The notes below the pieces were generated by a model. The model did no database searches, had not been told where the DNA came from, and was given only the letters and a program-made list of their open reading frames with translations. A stretch of DNA of 64,000 bases from Dendrobates tinctorius. Taxonomy: Eukaryota. A program made the translations under genes and the position numbers. Within the stretch, counting starts at the first letter, position 1. Each line of letters starts with the position of its first letter. Shown here one piece after another: positions 36,088 through 48,285 of the stretch. The stretch spans positions 116,250,001-116,314,000 of the forward strand of contig NW_027361690.1 of NCBI RefSeq assembly GCF_039654945.1, written 5' to 3'.

Positions 36088-37188
36088 TTAGATGGTGGCC
36101 CGATTCTAATGCATCGGGTATTCTAGAATATGTATGTAGTTTATTTATGAAGTTTTAATAATAATGCAATAATGCACCCCCCATTCCTGATATGCATGGT
36201 ACAACTCCCCCCATCCTGGCATGCATGGTCCCCTCACCCCCCAATCCTGATATGCATGGTCCCCTCACCCCCCAATCCTGATATGCATGGTCCCCTCACC
36301 CCCCAATCCTGATATGCATGGTCCCCTCACCCCCCAATCCTGATATGCATGGTCCCCTCACCCCCCCATCCTGATATGCATGGTCCCTTCACCCCCCAAT
36401 CCTGGAATGCATGGTCCTCTCACCCTCCAATTCTGGTATGCATGGTCCTCTCACTCCTCTTTCTTGGTATGCATGGTCCCCCTCACCCCCCTTTCCTGGT
36501 ATGCATGGTCCTCCTCACCCCCCTTTCCTGGTATGCATGGTCCTGTCACCCCCCCCCTCTCCTGATGTGTATGGTCCTCTCACCCCCCAATCCTGATATG
36601 CATGGTACCCCTCACCCCCCCCCCAATCCTGATATGCATTGTACCCCTCACCCCCCCAATCCTGATATGCATGGTACCCCTCACCCTCCAATCCTGGTAT
36701 GCATGGTCCTCTCACCTCCCAATCCTGGTATGCATTGTCCTCTCACCCCCCAATCCTGGTATGCATGGTCCTCTCACCCCCCAATCCTGGTATGCATGGT
36801 TCCTCTCACCCCTCTCTCCTGGTATGCATGGTTCCTCTCACCCCTCTCTCCTGGTATGCATGGTCCCCCTCACCTCCCTTTGCTGGTATGCATGGTCCCC
36901 CTCACCTCCCTTTGCTGGTATGCATGGTCCCCCTCACCTCCCTTTGCTGGTATGCATGGTCCCCCTCACCTCCCTTTGCTGGTATGCATGGTCCCCCTCA
37001 CCTCCCTTTGCTGGTATGCATGGTCCCCCTCACCCCCCTTTGCTGGTATGCATGGTCTCCCTCACCCCCTTTGTTGGTATTGAGCACTGCGCCTGTCGCT
37101 GATTGGTCGCATCCACCAGGCCGCGACCAGTCAGCGCTGCGGGATTTCGGTTACAGACAGACATAAGACGATTACATATATATATAGA
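36088..37188 (-). mobile_element. Non-autonomous Helitron carrying a minisatellite
   Basis: Minus strand starts A|TC-TATATA and ends with hairpin CCCGAT-gcattaga-ATCGGG then CTAA|T (CTRR); no TSD. Confidence 0.72.
36175..37080. repeat. ~33-34-bp minisatellite (cctggtatgcatggtcccctcacccc...)
   Basis: About 27 diverging units. Confidence 0.93.
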
Positions 37189-37586
37189 TGCTGGATGCGT
37201 CTGCGTCCTTCTGTCTGAAGCCGGTATTGCCGGCGCAGTGTGGCCGGAGTCAGAAAGACTCATCCATTGTTAATAAACCTGCGGTCCAGTGCCTAGTGAT
37301 GACAGGGAGGAGGAGAGTGGCGTTGGAGTCGGCCCCTATCGCCTGAGCCATGTGGAGGAGGCAGGAGGAGTGTGGTGCTGGAGTTAGTGCCTGCGAATAC
37401 TGTGCTCTCCACAACATTTTATTGAAGAAAAATTCTCACACAATGTCTCCAACAAAATGGCCCAGTATGCACACGTGCTGACTCCTGCGCTATTTTATTT
37501 AAATATTTAATGCACATGATGTGCTACGGGGGCGGACTGGGGGAAGGTGAGTAGGAGGGTTTGTATTGAGCAACAGCAGCGCAGGC

Positions 37587-37990
37587 AGGATGGGGGAGCA
37601 TATAATAGGATGGGGGGGCAAATAATAGGATGATGGAGCATATAATAGGATGATGGAGCATATAATAGGATGGGGTGGCATTTAATAGGATGGGGTGGCA
37701 TTTAATAGGATGGGGTGGCATTTAATAGGATGGGGTGGCATTTAATAGGATGGGGTGGCATTTAATAGGATGGGGTGGCATTTAATAGGATGGGGGGGCA
37801 TATAATAGGATGGGGGGGCATATAATAGGATGGGGGGGCATATAATAGGATGGGGGGGCATATAATAGGATGGGGGGGCATATAATAGGATGGGGGGGCA
37901 TATAATAGGATGGGGGGGCATATAATAGGATGGGGGGGCATATAATAGGATGGGGGAGCATATAATAGGATGGAGAGCATATACCAGGAA
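37587..37990. repeat. 20-bp G-rich minisatellite (ggatgggggggcatataata), ~20 copies
   Basis: Visible reiteration with blocks of variants. Confidence 0.95.
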
Positions 37991-38059
37991 TAGCTATTGA
38001 ACCTGGTCTACGCCTGCGTGGTGAGCATTTTTATTGGTACATTTTTTTAACTATGTTAA

Positions 38060-38504
38060 AGGGAATCGGTCACCAGAAATAACGCTATTAACTTGCAGAT
38101 ATGGGGTTAATCTGTTTTATTATGCTGCATAGCGCCTGCACGCAGCCGAATGCAGCTGGGAGAAAATTAACTTTATTCTCCCCACCAGCATTCGGCTTCA
38201 GTCATGGGGTCGGGGGTGCCGCGGGTTGAGTCATTGCTTTGAGAATACAGAACTGCGGCTGTTCCTGCACCCCCGGCCCTGACTGACAGCTGGCCTCGAT
38301 GTAGGAGGAGTGTCAGTCAGGGCCGGGGGTGCAGTTACAGCGGCCACTCTGTATACTCAGTCAATGACTGAAGCCGAATGCTGGCGGGAAGAATAAAATG
38401 AATTTTCTCTGTGTGCAGGCGCCTGCAGCATAATAATGCTGTTGACCTGCAGATTATCTGCATATGTATAGGTTAACAGTGTTATTTCTGGTGACAGGTT
38501 CCCT
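38060..38504. mobile_element. Kolobok/T2-type MITE
   Basis: TTAA TSD; AGGGAAtcgGTCACCAGAAATAAC / GTTATTTCTGGTGACAGGTTCCCT. Confidence 0.85.
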
Positions 38505-40177
38505 TTAACTCTGTAATACAATACTTCAATAGAATGGTGCTGAGTCAGCGCATGCGCATACCATTCAATCTGGCGCCATTTTATTGAAGACACTGTACAT
38601 GCGAATTCGCAGACAGTGTTTATAAAAAACAAATGCTCGGCACCCAGGCGTAGAACAGGTTCAATAGCTAGTAGATCCGGTATATATTAGGACTTGAGCC
38701 CTTTTAATGTATTTTGTTATCCATGTGGACATGACTTATTATGCAGAGCTAACAATTGCTTATTAATATTAGTACAATTCTCAGGAACATCTCTTAGCGG
38801 GAATCTCTGAAAATACCAGCTGAGATGACATGGAGGCAGTCCGGAACGCTCGTTTACACAATGGTTGCCAGGCAGCAGTCCTGGCACACGCCAGCGAGAT
38901 CACATGTACAAAAGATCAGCGGAAACTGGATATTTCTGTAATTTGGAGAATATTGTTTAAGATTAAGCCCATCGTTCTTATACGCTGAAATGTACATGAC
39001 AGTGTCGACGGATGACAGTAAAACTTTCTCAGCTGACTCCTTCACTCTTGCTGAAGACATCTGATTAGGATCGAGCATTGACGCGAGTCCCGCTGGTTCA
39101 TTAATGGCAAGCGCCAGATGACATTGCACAGATCGCCTCCATTATGTGCCCTGGCCTTGACTTTCCAGCGCCAGGGACTAATGGGGTCGGGCTTCTCCGC
39201 ACTCCTGGACCAACGCTGCAAAAAACGTGTATAGAGGAGCACAGCATCCCCTCTCCAAGCCATAACAATCCGTAAGGATAAAAGCAGAAAATTGCTTTTC
39301 TGCAACCTCACTGTTTTGCTATGGAGAATGTAACAAGGATTTGATGTATTGTAGTAAATTGTGATTTTAATTGTAATCCAATATTGCTAAAATACTGATT
39401 TCCTATCTTATTTCCCAAAAAAGTGGGGCGACAACCAATATGGCCACCATTAGTTTCTCAGGAGTGTTCATTCACCTTTCCCAGACTCATGAATTGCCTA
39501 TCTCCTATGTATACAGTGGGACTTTCCTTGTATCCACATGACTAGTAACGTTAAAGGGAGTCTCAGCATACAATGACGGTTCAAACCAAGCTCAGGCAGT
39601 ACACCTCTCCTATTCTTTTTCCATCTATCCCCGCCCTTTCTCACTCCTATGTAGCCAGAACTGTCAATCAAGAAAGAGGCGGACAGAGATGGATTCAAAA
39701 CAAGTTAAGATTATGTATTTAACAGCTTGGCCATACCAAGGGTACACCAAGTTCCTGTTCTTAGTTTGAACAGTCATTATTTTTTTTTTTTCTGACAGAC
39801 TCTTAACCGGTCTGCAATTGAGCATGATACAAAAGTGAGGGTCTGCTAAAGTCCCTTGTTGCCTTGGAAGTTGCCACGTGTTTTCACATTGCAACCACAA
39901 ACTTGTTTTTGTGTTTTTTTTTTTTTTTTTTTTGTTTGTTTTTTTTTTGTGGTGGTGGGGTTATGTGATACACCAACACAAAGTTGCTAGTATTTGTGAA
40001 GTGTAAAGGAAATGATGCATTGATAATTTTATAAATCTGAAGCTTGTGACGTACATTTGTAAAAAGCCTGCGGTAGTCTGGTACCCCTAAATCCTAATCC
40101 TAAGTGACCAATTGCCTGCAGAGGTCACATAATTAGTAAATTGAGTCGTCCTGTGTGTAATTTATTCTCAGTATGAC

Positions 40178-41657
40178 CAGGTCTGTGGAGTCGGTAAGCC
40201 AAACCTCCGACTCCTCAATTTCTCTGACTTCCAACTCGGACTCCCCAGCACTGCCCTCTACTGAGCATGTACATAACGTGCAGCACAGATTCATCTCAGC
40301 TATGACCCCACAGCACTGCCCCCTACTGAGCATGTACATAAAGTGCAGCACAGATTCATCTCCACTACAACCCCACAGCACTGGTCACTACTGAGCATGT
40401 ACATAAAGTGCAGCACAGATTCATCTCATCTACAACCCCACAGCACTGGTCACTACTGAGCATGTACATAAAGTGCAGCACAGATTCATCTCCACTACGA
40501 ACCCACAGCACTGCCCCCTACTGAGCATGTACATATAGTGCAGCACAGATTCATCTCAACTACGACCCTACAGCACTGGTCACTACTGAGCATGTACATA
40601 AAGTGCAGCACAGATTCATCTCATCTACGACCCCACAGCACTGCCCCCTGCTGAGCATGTACATAAAGTGCAGCACAGATTCATCTCATCTACGACCCCA
40701 CAGCACTGGTCACTACTGAGCATGTACATAAAGTGCAGCACAGATTCATCTCATCTCCGACCCCACAGCACTGGTCACTACTGAGCATGTACATAGAGTG
40801 CAGCACAGATTCATCTCCACTACGACCCCACAGCACTGCCCCCTACTGAGCATGTGCATAAAGTGCAGCACAGATTCATCTCAGCTACGACCCCACAGCA
40901 CTGGTCACTACTGAGCACGGACATAAAGGGCAGCACAGATTCATCTCATCTACGATTCCACAGCACTCATCACTACTGAGCATGTGCATAAAGTGCAGCA
41001 CAGATTCATCTCATCTACGAACCCACAGCACTGCCCCCTACTGAGCATGTACATATAGTGCAGCACAGATTCATCTCAACTACGACCCTACAGCACTGGT
41101 CACTACTGAGCATGTACATAAAGTGCAGCACAGATTCATCTCATCTCTGACCCCACAGCACTGGTCACTACTGAGCATGTACATAGAGTGCAGCACAGAT
41201 TCATCTCATCTCCGACCCCACAGCACTGGTCACTACTGAGCATGTACATAGAGTGCAGCACAGATTCATCTCCACTACGACCCCACAGCACTGCCCCCTA
41301 CTGAGCATGTGCATAAAGTGCAGCACAGATTCATCTCAGCTACGACCCCACAGCACTGGTCACTACTGAGCACGGACATAAAGGGCAGCACAGATTCATC
41401 TCATCTACGATTCCACAGCACTGGTCACTACTGAGCATGTGCATAAAGTGCAGCACAGATTCAGATAAATGCCCAGATCCTTAGATCAGGAACAGAACAG
41501 ACATTTATAGGACATTTCATAACTTTACCAAATTCTGAAAAAATATTCAGCACATCCTGCACTGTACTACTGTTCCCATTTATTACATGAATTAGGAGTC
41601 GGTCCATTTTATACCAACTCCAATTCCACCAAAATGTACGCAGACTCCACAGCACTG
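40178..41657. mobile_element. Non-autonomous hAT element filled with a 65-bp satellite
   Basis: Perfect 8-bp TSD AGTATGAC (40170-77, 41658-65); TIR CAGGTCTGTGGAGTC / GACTCCACAGCACTG. Confidence 0.92.
40247..41464. repeat. 65-bp tandem repeat (~18.7 copies)
   Basis: Unit cagcactggtcactactgagcatgtacataaagtgcagcacagattcatctcatctacgacccca. Confidence 0.95.
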
Positions 41658-41699
41658 AGTATGACTAAAGTTCTTCTGTGAAGGCCTCAGACATGTGTT

Positions 41700-42450
41700 T
41701 GAGAACATAAGGGATCAAACCACATCGTGAAAACAAAGGAACTCCAGACAGCAAATTTCCATTTGCAGTTTGTGAAAAACCATGAAGGGGACACATCTAG
41801 CATTGGAAGATTGTGCTCTGGTGAGATAAAACCAAAGTAAAATGTTTTGGGCTAAATGCAAAATGTTGTGTGATGGGAAAACTAACACTGCACATCACCC
41901 TAGGAACACCAACTTCAGACATAGTGGTGGCAGCATCATGCGGTGGTGATTTTTTTTTTTTTTTTTTTTAAAGCAGGGGCAGAGAAGCTGGTCAGAATTG
42001 ATAGGATAGATCTTAATACAGGGCAATCCTGGACGAAAACCTGTTATAGGGAGCATAAGATTTGAGACTGGGGCGCTGGTTCATATTTCACGAATATAAC
42101 CATACTGCCAGATAGAATGGTTTAGATGAAAGCACATTCATGTGAGAATGGCCCGGTCGCCATCCAGACCTGAATCCCATTGAGAATCTGTGATAAATTG
42201 CTCTTCACTGACGTTCTCCATCCAATCTCACAAGAGTGCAAAGAAGAACTGGCAAAAATGTCAGCCTCTAGAGGTATAAACCTGGTAGAGACCGACCCCA
42301 AAAGACTTGCAGCAGTAATTGCAGCGAAGGTGGTCCTACATTGACTCAGGGGGCTGAATACAAAATGCATGTCACAATTTTCACATTTAGATTTTTAATA
42401 TAATTAGTAAACCATGTCATTTCCTTTGCACTTCACAAATATTTCCTACT
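41700..42450 (+). mobile_element. Degenerate Tc1 transposase remnant
   Basis: WKIVLW, GGSIM, PDLNPIENL-like motifs with stops. Confidence 0.7.
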
Positions 42451-43126
42451 TGCATATAAGTATATTATTATTATAGCGCCATTTATTCCATGGCCCTTTA
42501 CATGTGAAAAGGGGAATACAAAAACAAGTAAAATAATCTTTAACAAAACGAGTCACTGACTGGTACAGGAGGAGAGAGGACCCTGACTATGAGGGATCAC
42601 TGTTTACATCTAAGTATAGAAAAGTTTATATATCTCAAGTATAACAAAATGATACATATATTAAATATATAACGGCTTAAATCGACCCTCGTTTTCTCTC
42701 TCAAAAAAAAATTGTAATTTGCCATTGTCATGTCTGAAAAGTCAGATTTAAAATTGTTTAACACCAAAAAAAAAAAAAAAATCTAAACTCCAGAATTGCC
42801 TTTTTTTGCCTGTCTAACTTTTCTTTTTTTTAATTGAAAAGCGATTAAAATAAAATGCGTACTCCAAAATGGTATCAATAAAAATGAGCAAAGCTCACAC
42901 ACAGCTCCATAGATGTAAAAATAAATGAAAAATTATATTGCTATTTTCTGTTTTTTTTATTTATTTATTTTTCTTTAAACCACTAAAATTACTTACGTAA
43001 GACAACTTTTAAGTTTGGCATCATCCAAATTGTGCCGACCTGGAGAATCATGTTGTCAGGTCATTTTTACCACACAATGCATGCCATAAGAAAGAAACAC
43101 ACAATAAATGATGGCAATGTTTTTAG

Positions 43127-43157
<31 letters not shown>

Positions 43158-43527
43158 CTGTAGCTGTTTTTCATTGCATTAGATGGTAAAGTGAATTATG
43201 TTACAGAAAAGTACAACAGATCCTACAAAAAAAAAAGCCCTCATACATCTGACAGAAAAAAATACAAAATACTTGGCACTCCAAAACTTGCCGATTTAGA
43301 TTTTTATTTTGGCAGTCCCAATAAACAAAAACAAGCAGCATGTATGTAGTGACTGAGTGTGGTTTCCTCCATGTACAGGGCTTTGTAATGCCATAGAGCG
43401 AAATCTGCAGCCAATCTCACAAGTCACACATGCAGATCTGTCATGTTGGTTTCCCTGACTTGTATTTGGAAGTGATAACATAATGGTGAAACCTCCTAAT
43501 ATTGTTCCTTTTGTGTCTATAATGCAG

Positions 43528-43582
43528 GCAGTACATGAATAGAAAAGGAGGGTTCAACAGACCTCTGGACTTCATTGCATGA
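43528..43582 (+). CDS. SNRNP27: SNRNP27 last coding exon
   Basis: QYMNRKGGFNRPLDFIA*; joined CDS is 459 nt, 152 aa. Confidence 0.96.
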
Positions 43583-43808
43583 TGTGGATCAGTGGTATGT
43601 ATACTCGGGACCCTCGACATCTGCTGGTTGTTGCCTCCACCGCACAGATCCCGCACCCCGGGGGACATTCACTGTCATTGTCCTCATAATTACTCCAGGA
43701 ACTTGTAAGAACTGAGTCTAAGGATCTTCTGGTTCAGTTTTCTCGTTTTTTTTTTTTTTTCTCACCCTTTGTTGGATTTGTATTTTATTTTTCTTCATGG
43801 TAATGTGT

Positions 43809-43814
43809 AATAAA
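43809..43814 (+). terminator. Candidate SNRNP27 polyadenylation signal
   Basis: AATAAA ~230 nt after the stop codon, U-rich upstream. Confidence 0.6.
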
Positions 43815-44704
43815 AAGTTTTTATGTGACATCCTTGCCAACGTCTCTCCATCCTATCTCTGATCGTTCATCAACCACATTCTTCCCATCACATTTGTGGG
43901 GTTTTTTTTTTTTTGTTTTTCGGAAAATTATGGTACAACTTACCCAAAAACTATCATTCAAAACCAAAAAAAGCATGTCTGCAATACATATAAATGAATG
44001 TAACTTTTTACTGGTTGTGTATTTTATGTAATTATATGAAGAAGCACCGTCTAGGTTTTCTGTAAGAATAATGTAGGTCGTGTAAATATAAACCCAGACG
44101 ATGGGTTTAATTTTCCTTTTTGTGATTACTGATAAGGATGGCCCTGATTTATCAAGACCAGCATTTTTTTGTAAGATGTGCATAGAGATCTCTTCTAAAG
44201 AATCAGGCGCTTCTTTAAAAAAAAAAAAAAAATGAGACTCGCTGCAAATTAACTGCCACGTTTATTAGTGTGAAAATGTCAAACTCAGCCCAATTGTTGC
44301 CCAAAATTGCACATTTTCAAAGTGTTTTATGCCAGATTTCTGTAAACACTTTTGTGAATTGGGGCCATTGCGCTCATAAGAGGTCCTGCTACTCCTGGGA
44401 ATTTTTAAGGTTTATACCATACATCAATTCCATTTGAAGGGATTCTGTCACCTAATTTTTGGCCTATGAGATGCGGCCACCGCCATTGGGCTTATCTACA
44501 GCATTCTGTAATGCTGTAGATAAGCCCCCGATATAATCTGAAAGATAAGAAAAACGAGTTATATTATACTTACCCCGAGGTCCGGTCCGATGGGTGTCGC
44601 GGTCCGGTCCGGCGCCTCCCATCTTCTAGCGATGACGTCGTCCTCATTACTTCTGCCGTGGCTCTTGCGCAGACGTACTTTACCTGCCCTTTTGGTAATC
44701 TTCA

Positions 44705-45058
44705 GGGTATGTGCACACACTGCGGATTCTGATGCAGATTTTTCTGTGCAGATTTGTCTAAATCCGCAGGTCAAATGACCTGCGGTTTATGTGCGGAGTA
44801 GCCTGTGGTTTTGCCCTGCGGTTTGACACCTGTCATGGAGTAGGTGCCAAACCGCTGCGGAATCCGCCCAAAGAAGTGACATGCTGCGGATGTAAATCCG
44901 CAGCAAGTCCGCGCGGAAAAATCCTCAGCGTGTGCACTGCATTTTTCTTTTTACATAGACTAAAATGGTACTGTACAACACAGCAGAAACTGCTGCGGCT
45001 CCGCAGAGCCAAATCAGCTGTGGATCTGCAGCAGAATCCGCAACGTGTGCACACACCC
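44705..45058. mobile_element. Harbinger MITE within a Kolobok-type MITE remnant
   Basis: TCA TSD; GGGTATGTGCACAC / GTGTGCACACACCC. Confidence 0.82.
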
Positions 45059-45129
45059 TCAGATTTCATGATACCTTGTCAAGGCACTCAGTGCGAGAGA
45101 CAGCAAAAAAAAAAACAAACAAAACATCT

Positions 45130-46452
45130 TTGAACCTCCACCATATTTGACTTTAGCTACTATGTTCTTTTCTTTGTAGGCCTCATTCCGTTTTTGAGAA
45201 ACAGTAGAATGATGAGCTTTACCAAAAAACTCTCTTAAGGGCCCGTCACACTAAGCGATATCGCTAGCAATATCGTTATAACGTCACTGGTTTTGTGACG
45301 CAGCAGCGATATCGCTATGTGTGATACTTGCCTCCAACCGGCTCCCCTGCTGATTATCGCTGATCGCGCGAGAACAGCCTGAGCCGTTTCTCGTCGTCAG
45401 CTTCCTGCTGTGGCGACGAGCGACGCGTGGACGCGGGCGGGAGGACGTCAGGATCGCCTCGTCTGACAGGTAAGTAGCGACCGCTGCTATGTCGCTGGTG
45501 AGATCTGCCTGTTTGGCAGCTCACTAGCGACCACTTAGCGATGCACCAGCGATCCTGACCGGGTCATAACATTGTCGGGATCGCTGGTGAATCGCTAAGT
45601 GTGACAGTACCTTTAGTCACATCTGTCCACAAGACACCGTCCCAGAACGCTTTTGGCTTGCGTACATTTTTTCAAACTGCAGTGTAGATTTTTTAGGTCT
45701 GTGTCAGCAGTGGGGTCCTCCTGCGTCTCCTGCCATAGTGTTTCATTTCAGTCAAATGTTGACTGATAGTTCATGCTGACACTGATGCACCCTGAGCCTG
45801 CAGGACAGCTTGCATTTCCTTGGAAGTTGATCGGGATGGCTTATCCACCATCTGGATTATCCTGCGTTGCAACCTTTCAGCACTTTTTCTCTGCCATCCA
45901 CATCCAGGGAGATTAGCTACAGTGCAAAGTGTTGTAAACTTCTTGATTTATGTTGCACACCGTGGACAAGGGAACATCAAGATCTCTGTAGATGGACTTG
46001 TAACCTTGAGATTGTTGCTATTGTTCAAAAATTTTGGTTCTCAAGTCCTCAGACAGTTCTCTTCTCCTCTCTAGTCTCCATGCTTGGTGTGGCACACACA
46101 GTCACACAATGCAAAGACTGAGTGAACGTCTCCCCTATTTATCTGGTTTCAGGTGGGATTTTCTTATTGCCCACACCTGTTACTTGCTACAAGTGAGTTT
46201 GATCGAGCATCACATGCTTGAAACAAAGTTGTTTACCCACAATTTTGGAAAGGTGCCAACAATTTTGAGGCTTATTTTTGGGGTTTTGTGAGAAATTATC
46301 CAATTTTGCCTTTTTTTTCTCTTTTTGTGTTGTTCCAGTACACACAAAAGAAATGCGTATAACGAAATGTGTAATAGCAATAATTTTCTCAGAGAAATAG
46401 TTCATTTTCTGGAACAATTTTTAGGGTTCCAACACTTTTTCGTGAATGACTG
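45130..46452 (-). mobile_element. Tc1 remnant
   Basis: Degenerate transposase (LQFEKMYASQKRSGTVSCGQM region); ends ...gactg-TA; left limit approximate. Confidence 0.65.
45238..45612. mobile_element. Harbinger MITE inserted in a Tc1 remnant
   Basis: TTA TSD; reverse-complement copy of 25806-26188. Confidence 0.87.
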
Positions 46453-48146
46453 TATGTATACACACACCTCTATATGTCTTTCACTTCCCCTTGCCCCACA
46501 TTACCATCCTCTGGTAGTTATGTAGTCTGGAGTTAGTCTTTCCTCCTGAGAGCCAGAATATAGTCTCCAATAAGTTGGCCGGTTGGTCTCTTTTACCCTC
46601 TGAACGCTAATAAAAATCATAGAACCATTCGTACAGGGCGCTGAACAGAGGATGAAGCTGATGGGCCCACAAAGTGCAATACAGAAGTATTACAGCGTAT
46701 TACACCCGTGATATAATAACTTGTTCAAGTATTAGTGGGATAAAATAAGTGCCGTATTTTGGCCACTTGCTAAAAAGTGGAACAAGGTGTGATCAAAAAC
46801 TTTGTTCCCAAAAAATCAGGCCCGATAATGACTCCAACAAATGAAAATGTAATAAAACAAAAAAAGTATATGCGGACGCAAAACTTCTTTTTTTTTTTTT
46901 AGTTTGGAAAAGTAATAAACAAAAATTAAATGTACTAGATTTCTAATAACGTTGATCGTACGATAAATAATGTTGTTAAAAAATACAATTCCTCCCCTCT
47001 GCGAAAAAAAAGGCCACCAAATATGGCTGCAGCAGGCGGGGGGTTAAGATTTATCGATGAGATTATCAATCAATGGATTGACACAAGGGTCCCATTAGGG
47101 GACTGACCGTACACTGGGGGGGGATATGGGCACGGGGGGTTGTGTACTCCAAGTAGTAATGTATATAGTCCGGATGTGTTCTGGTGTCACATTCCGGGTG
47201 ATGTACCGTCGGTACGGCCGTCCGGGCTCTGCTGGCGTCACTAGTGATCCGTGTTCTGCAGTTCTATAATATTTTCATGTACATGTTTATATTGGGAACA
47301 AAATGGCGTAAGGTCTTTGCATTATGGGAAGTGCCAAAGGTTGCCTATCCCCTTATGACACGCTGCTACAAGTAATGCTCATGTCTCGCACCTACAGACA
47401 GAGCTGTCCTCGGCTCTAGCAGTTTTATGGCCTCGGATTGTTCAAGGTTGGAGATAAAGTTGAGCATGTGATACAGACCATTACCGCAGCAAGGGCTTGT
47501 GAAGCGGTGGTCACAGTGGTACAGAACATAGGAACAGTGATGAAGCGAAGCGGCCAGAGAAGCTCTCCCTCCACCAGGAGTACATTGGCAGATATTTGGC
47601 AGGACGTATAATTTGCCACCTTGGGTGCATTTAGGTGCTGCAAAAGGGTCACCCTGGGGTCATTTATTAAAGGCTACGGCCTCCCTCACACTTGGTGGGT
47701 GTGATGTACTGAATTACTGTAAATTCTACATTTGGCAGGCCATTTACAGTGCAAGATTACCGTGGACAATTGATTGTACGCACACTCGTTTCACCCTAAT
47801 CTTACAGTGCAGACCGGCGGCCAAACAAGCAAAATGCTGGGTGAAAAGAACCTTTGTGCTGCACCACTTCGTCCTGTCGAGAATCGCGCTGGCGAAAGCC
47901 ATGGCAGCCTGTGTAACCGGAGCGATCTGTTAAAGATTGTCCAGTGTGTGTTATTAAGAGCGGTAAACGGGCTATTAAATGGCCGCTGATCGGCAAAAAA
48001 GATCCTGATCGGTGTTCGTTTACTATCACTGTTGGTTCTTGTAAATTAACCATAAGCCTGTAAATTGTTTTACTGCCATATGTCACCTCCCAATGTGTTA
48101 TTTACTATGCTTATACAGCGCCCTCATACTCCACAGCCATCATCAT

Positions 48147-48285
48147 TATCACTGTCCCCAATGGGGCTCACAATCTAGATCCCCTATCAGTATGTCTCTG
48201 GAGTGTGGGAGGAAACCCATACAAACTCCTTGCGGATGTTGTCCTTGGAGGGATTTGAACCCAGGACCCCAGCGCTGCAATGTGT
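48147..48285 (-). mobile_element. tRNA-derived SINE fragment
   Basis: Minus strand TTGCAGCGCTGGGGTCCTGGGTTCAAATCCC (B box) followed by a conserved SINE core-like sequence. Confidence 0.7.

Noticed and set aside
36349-37980. Pro/His-rich ORFs
   Set aside because: Translations of the 33-bp and 20-bp minisatellites
40247-41464. CRISPR-like or retrozyme-like array
   Set aside because: No unique spacers, no cas genes, no hammerhead core in the unit; eukaryotic tandem repeat inside a hAT element
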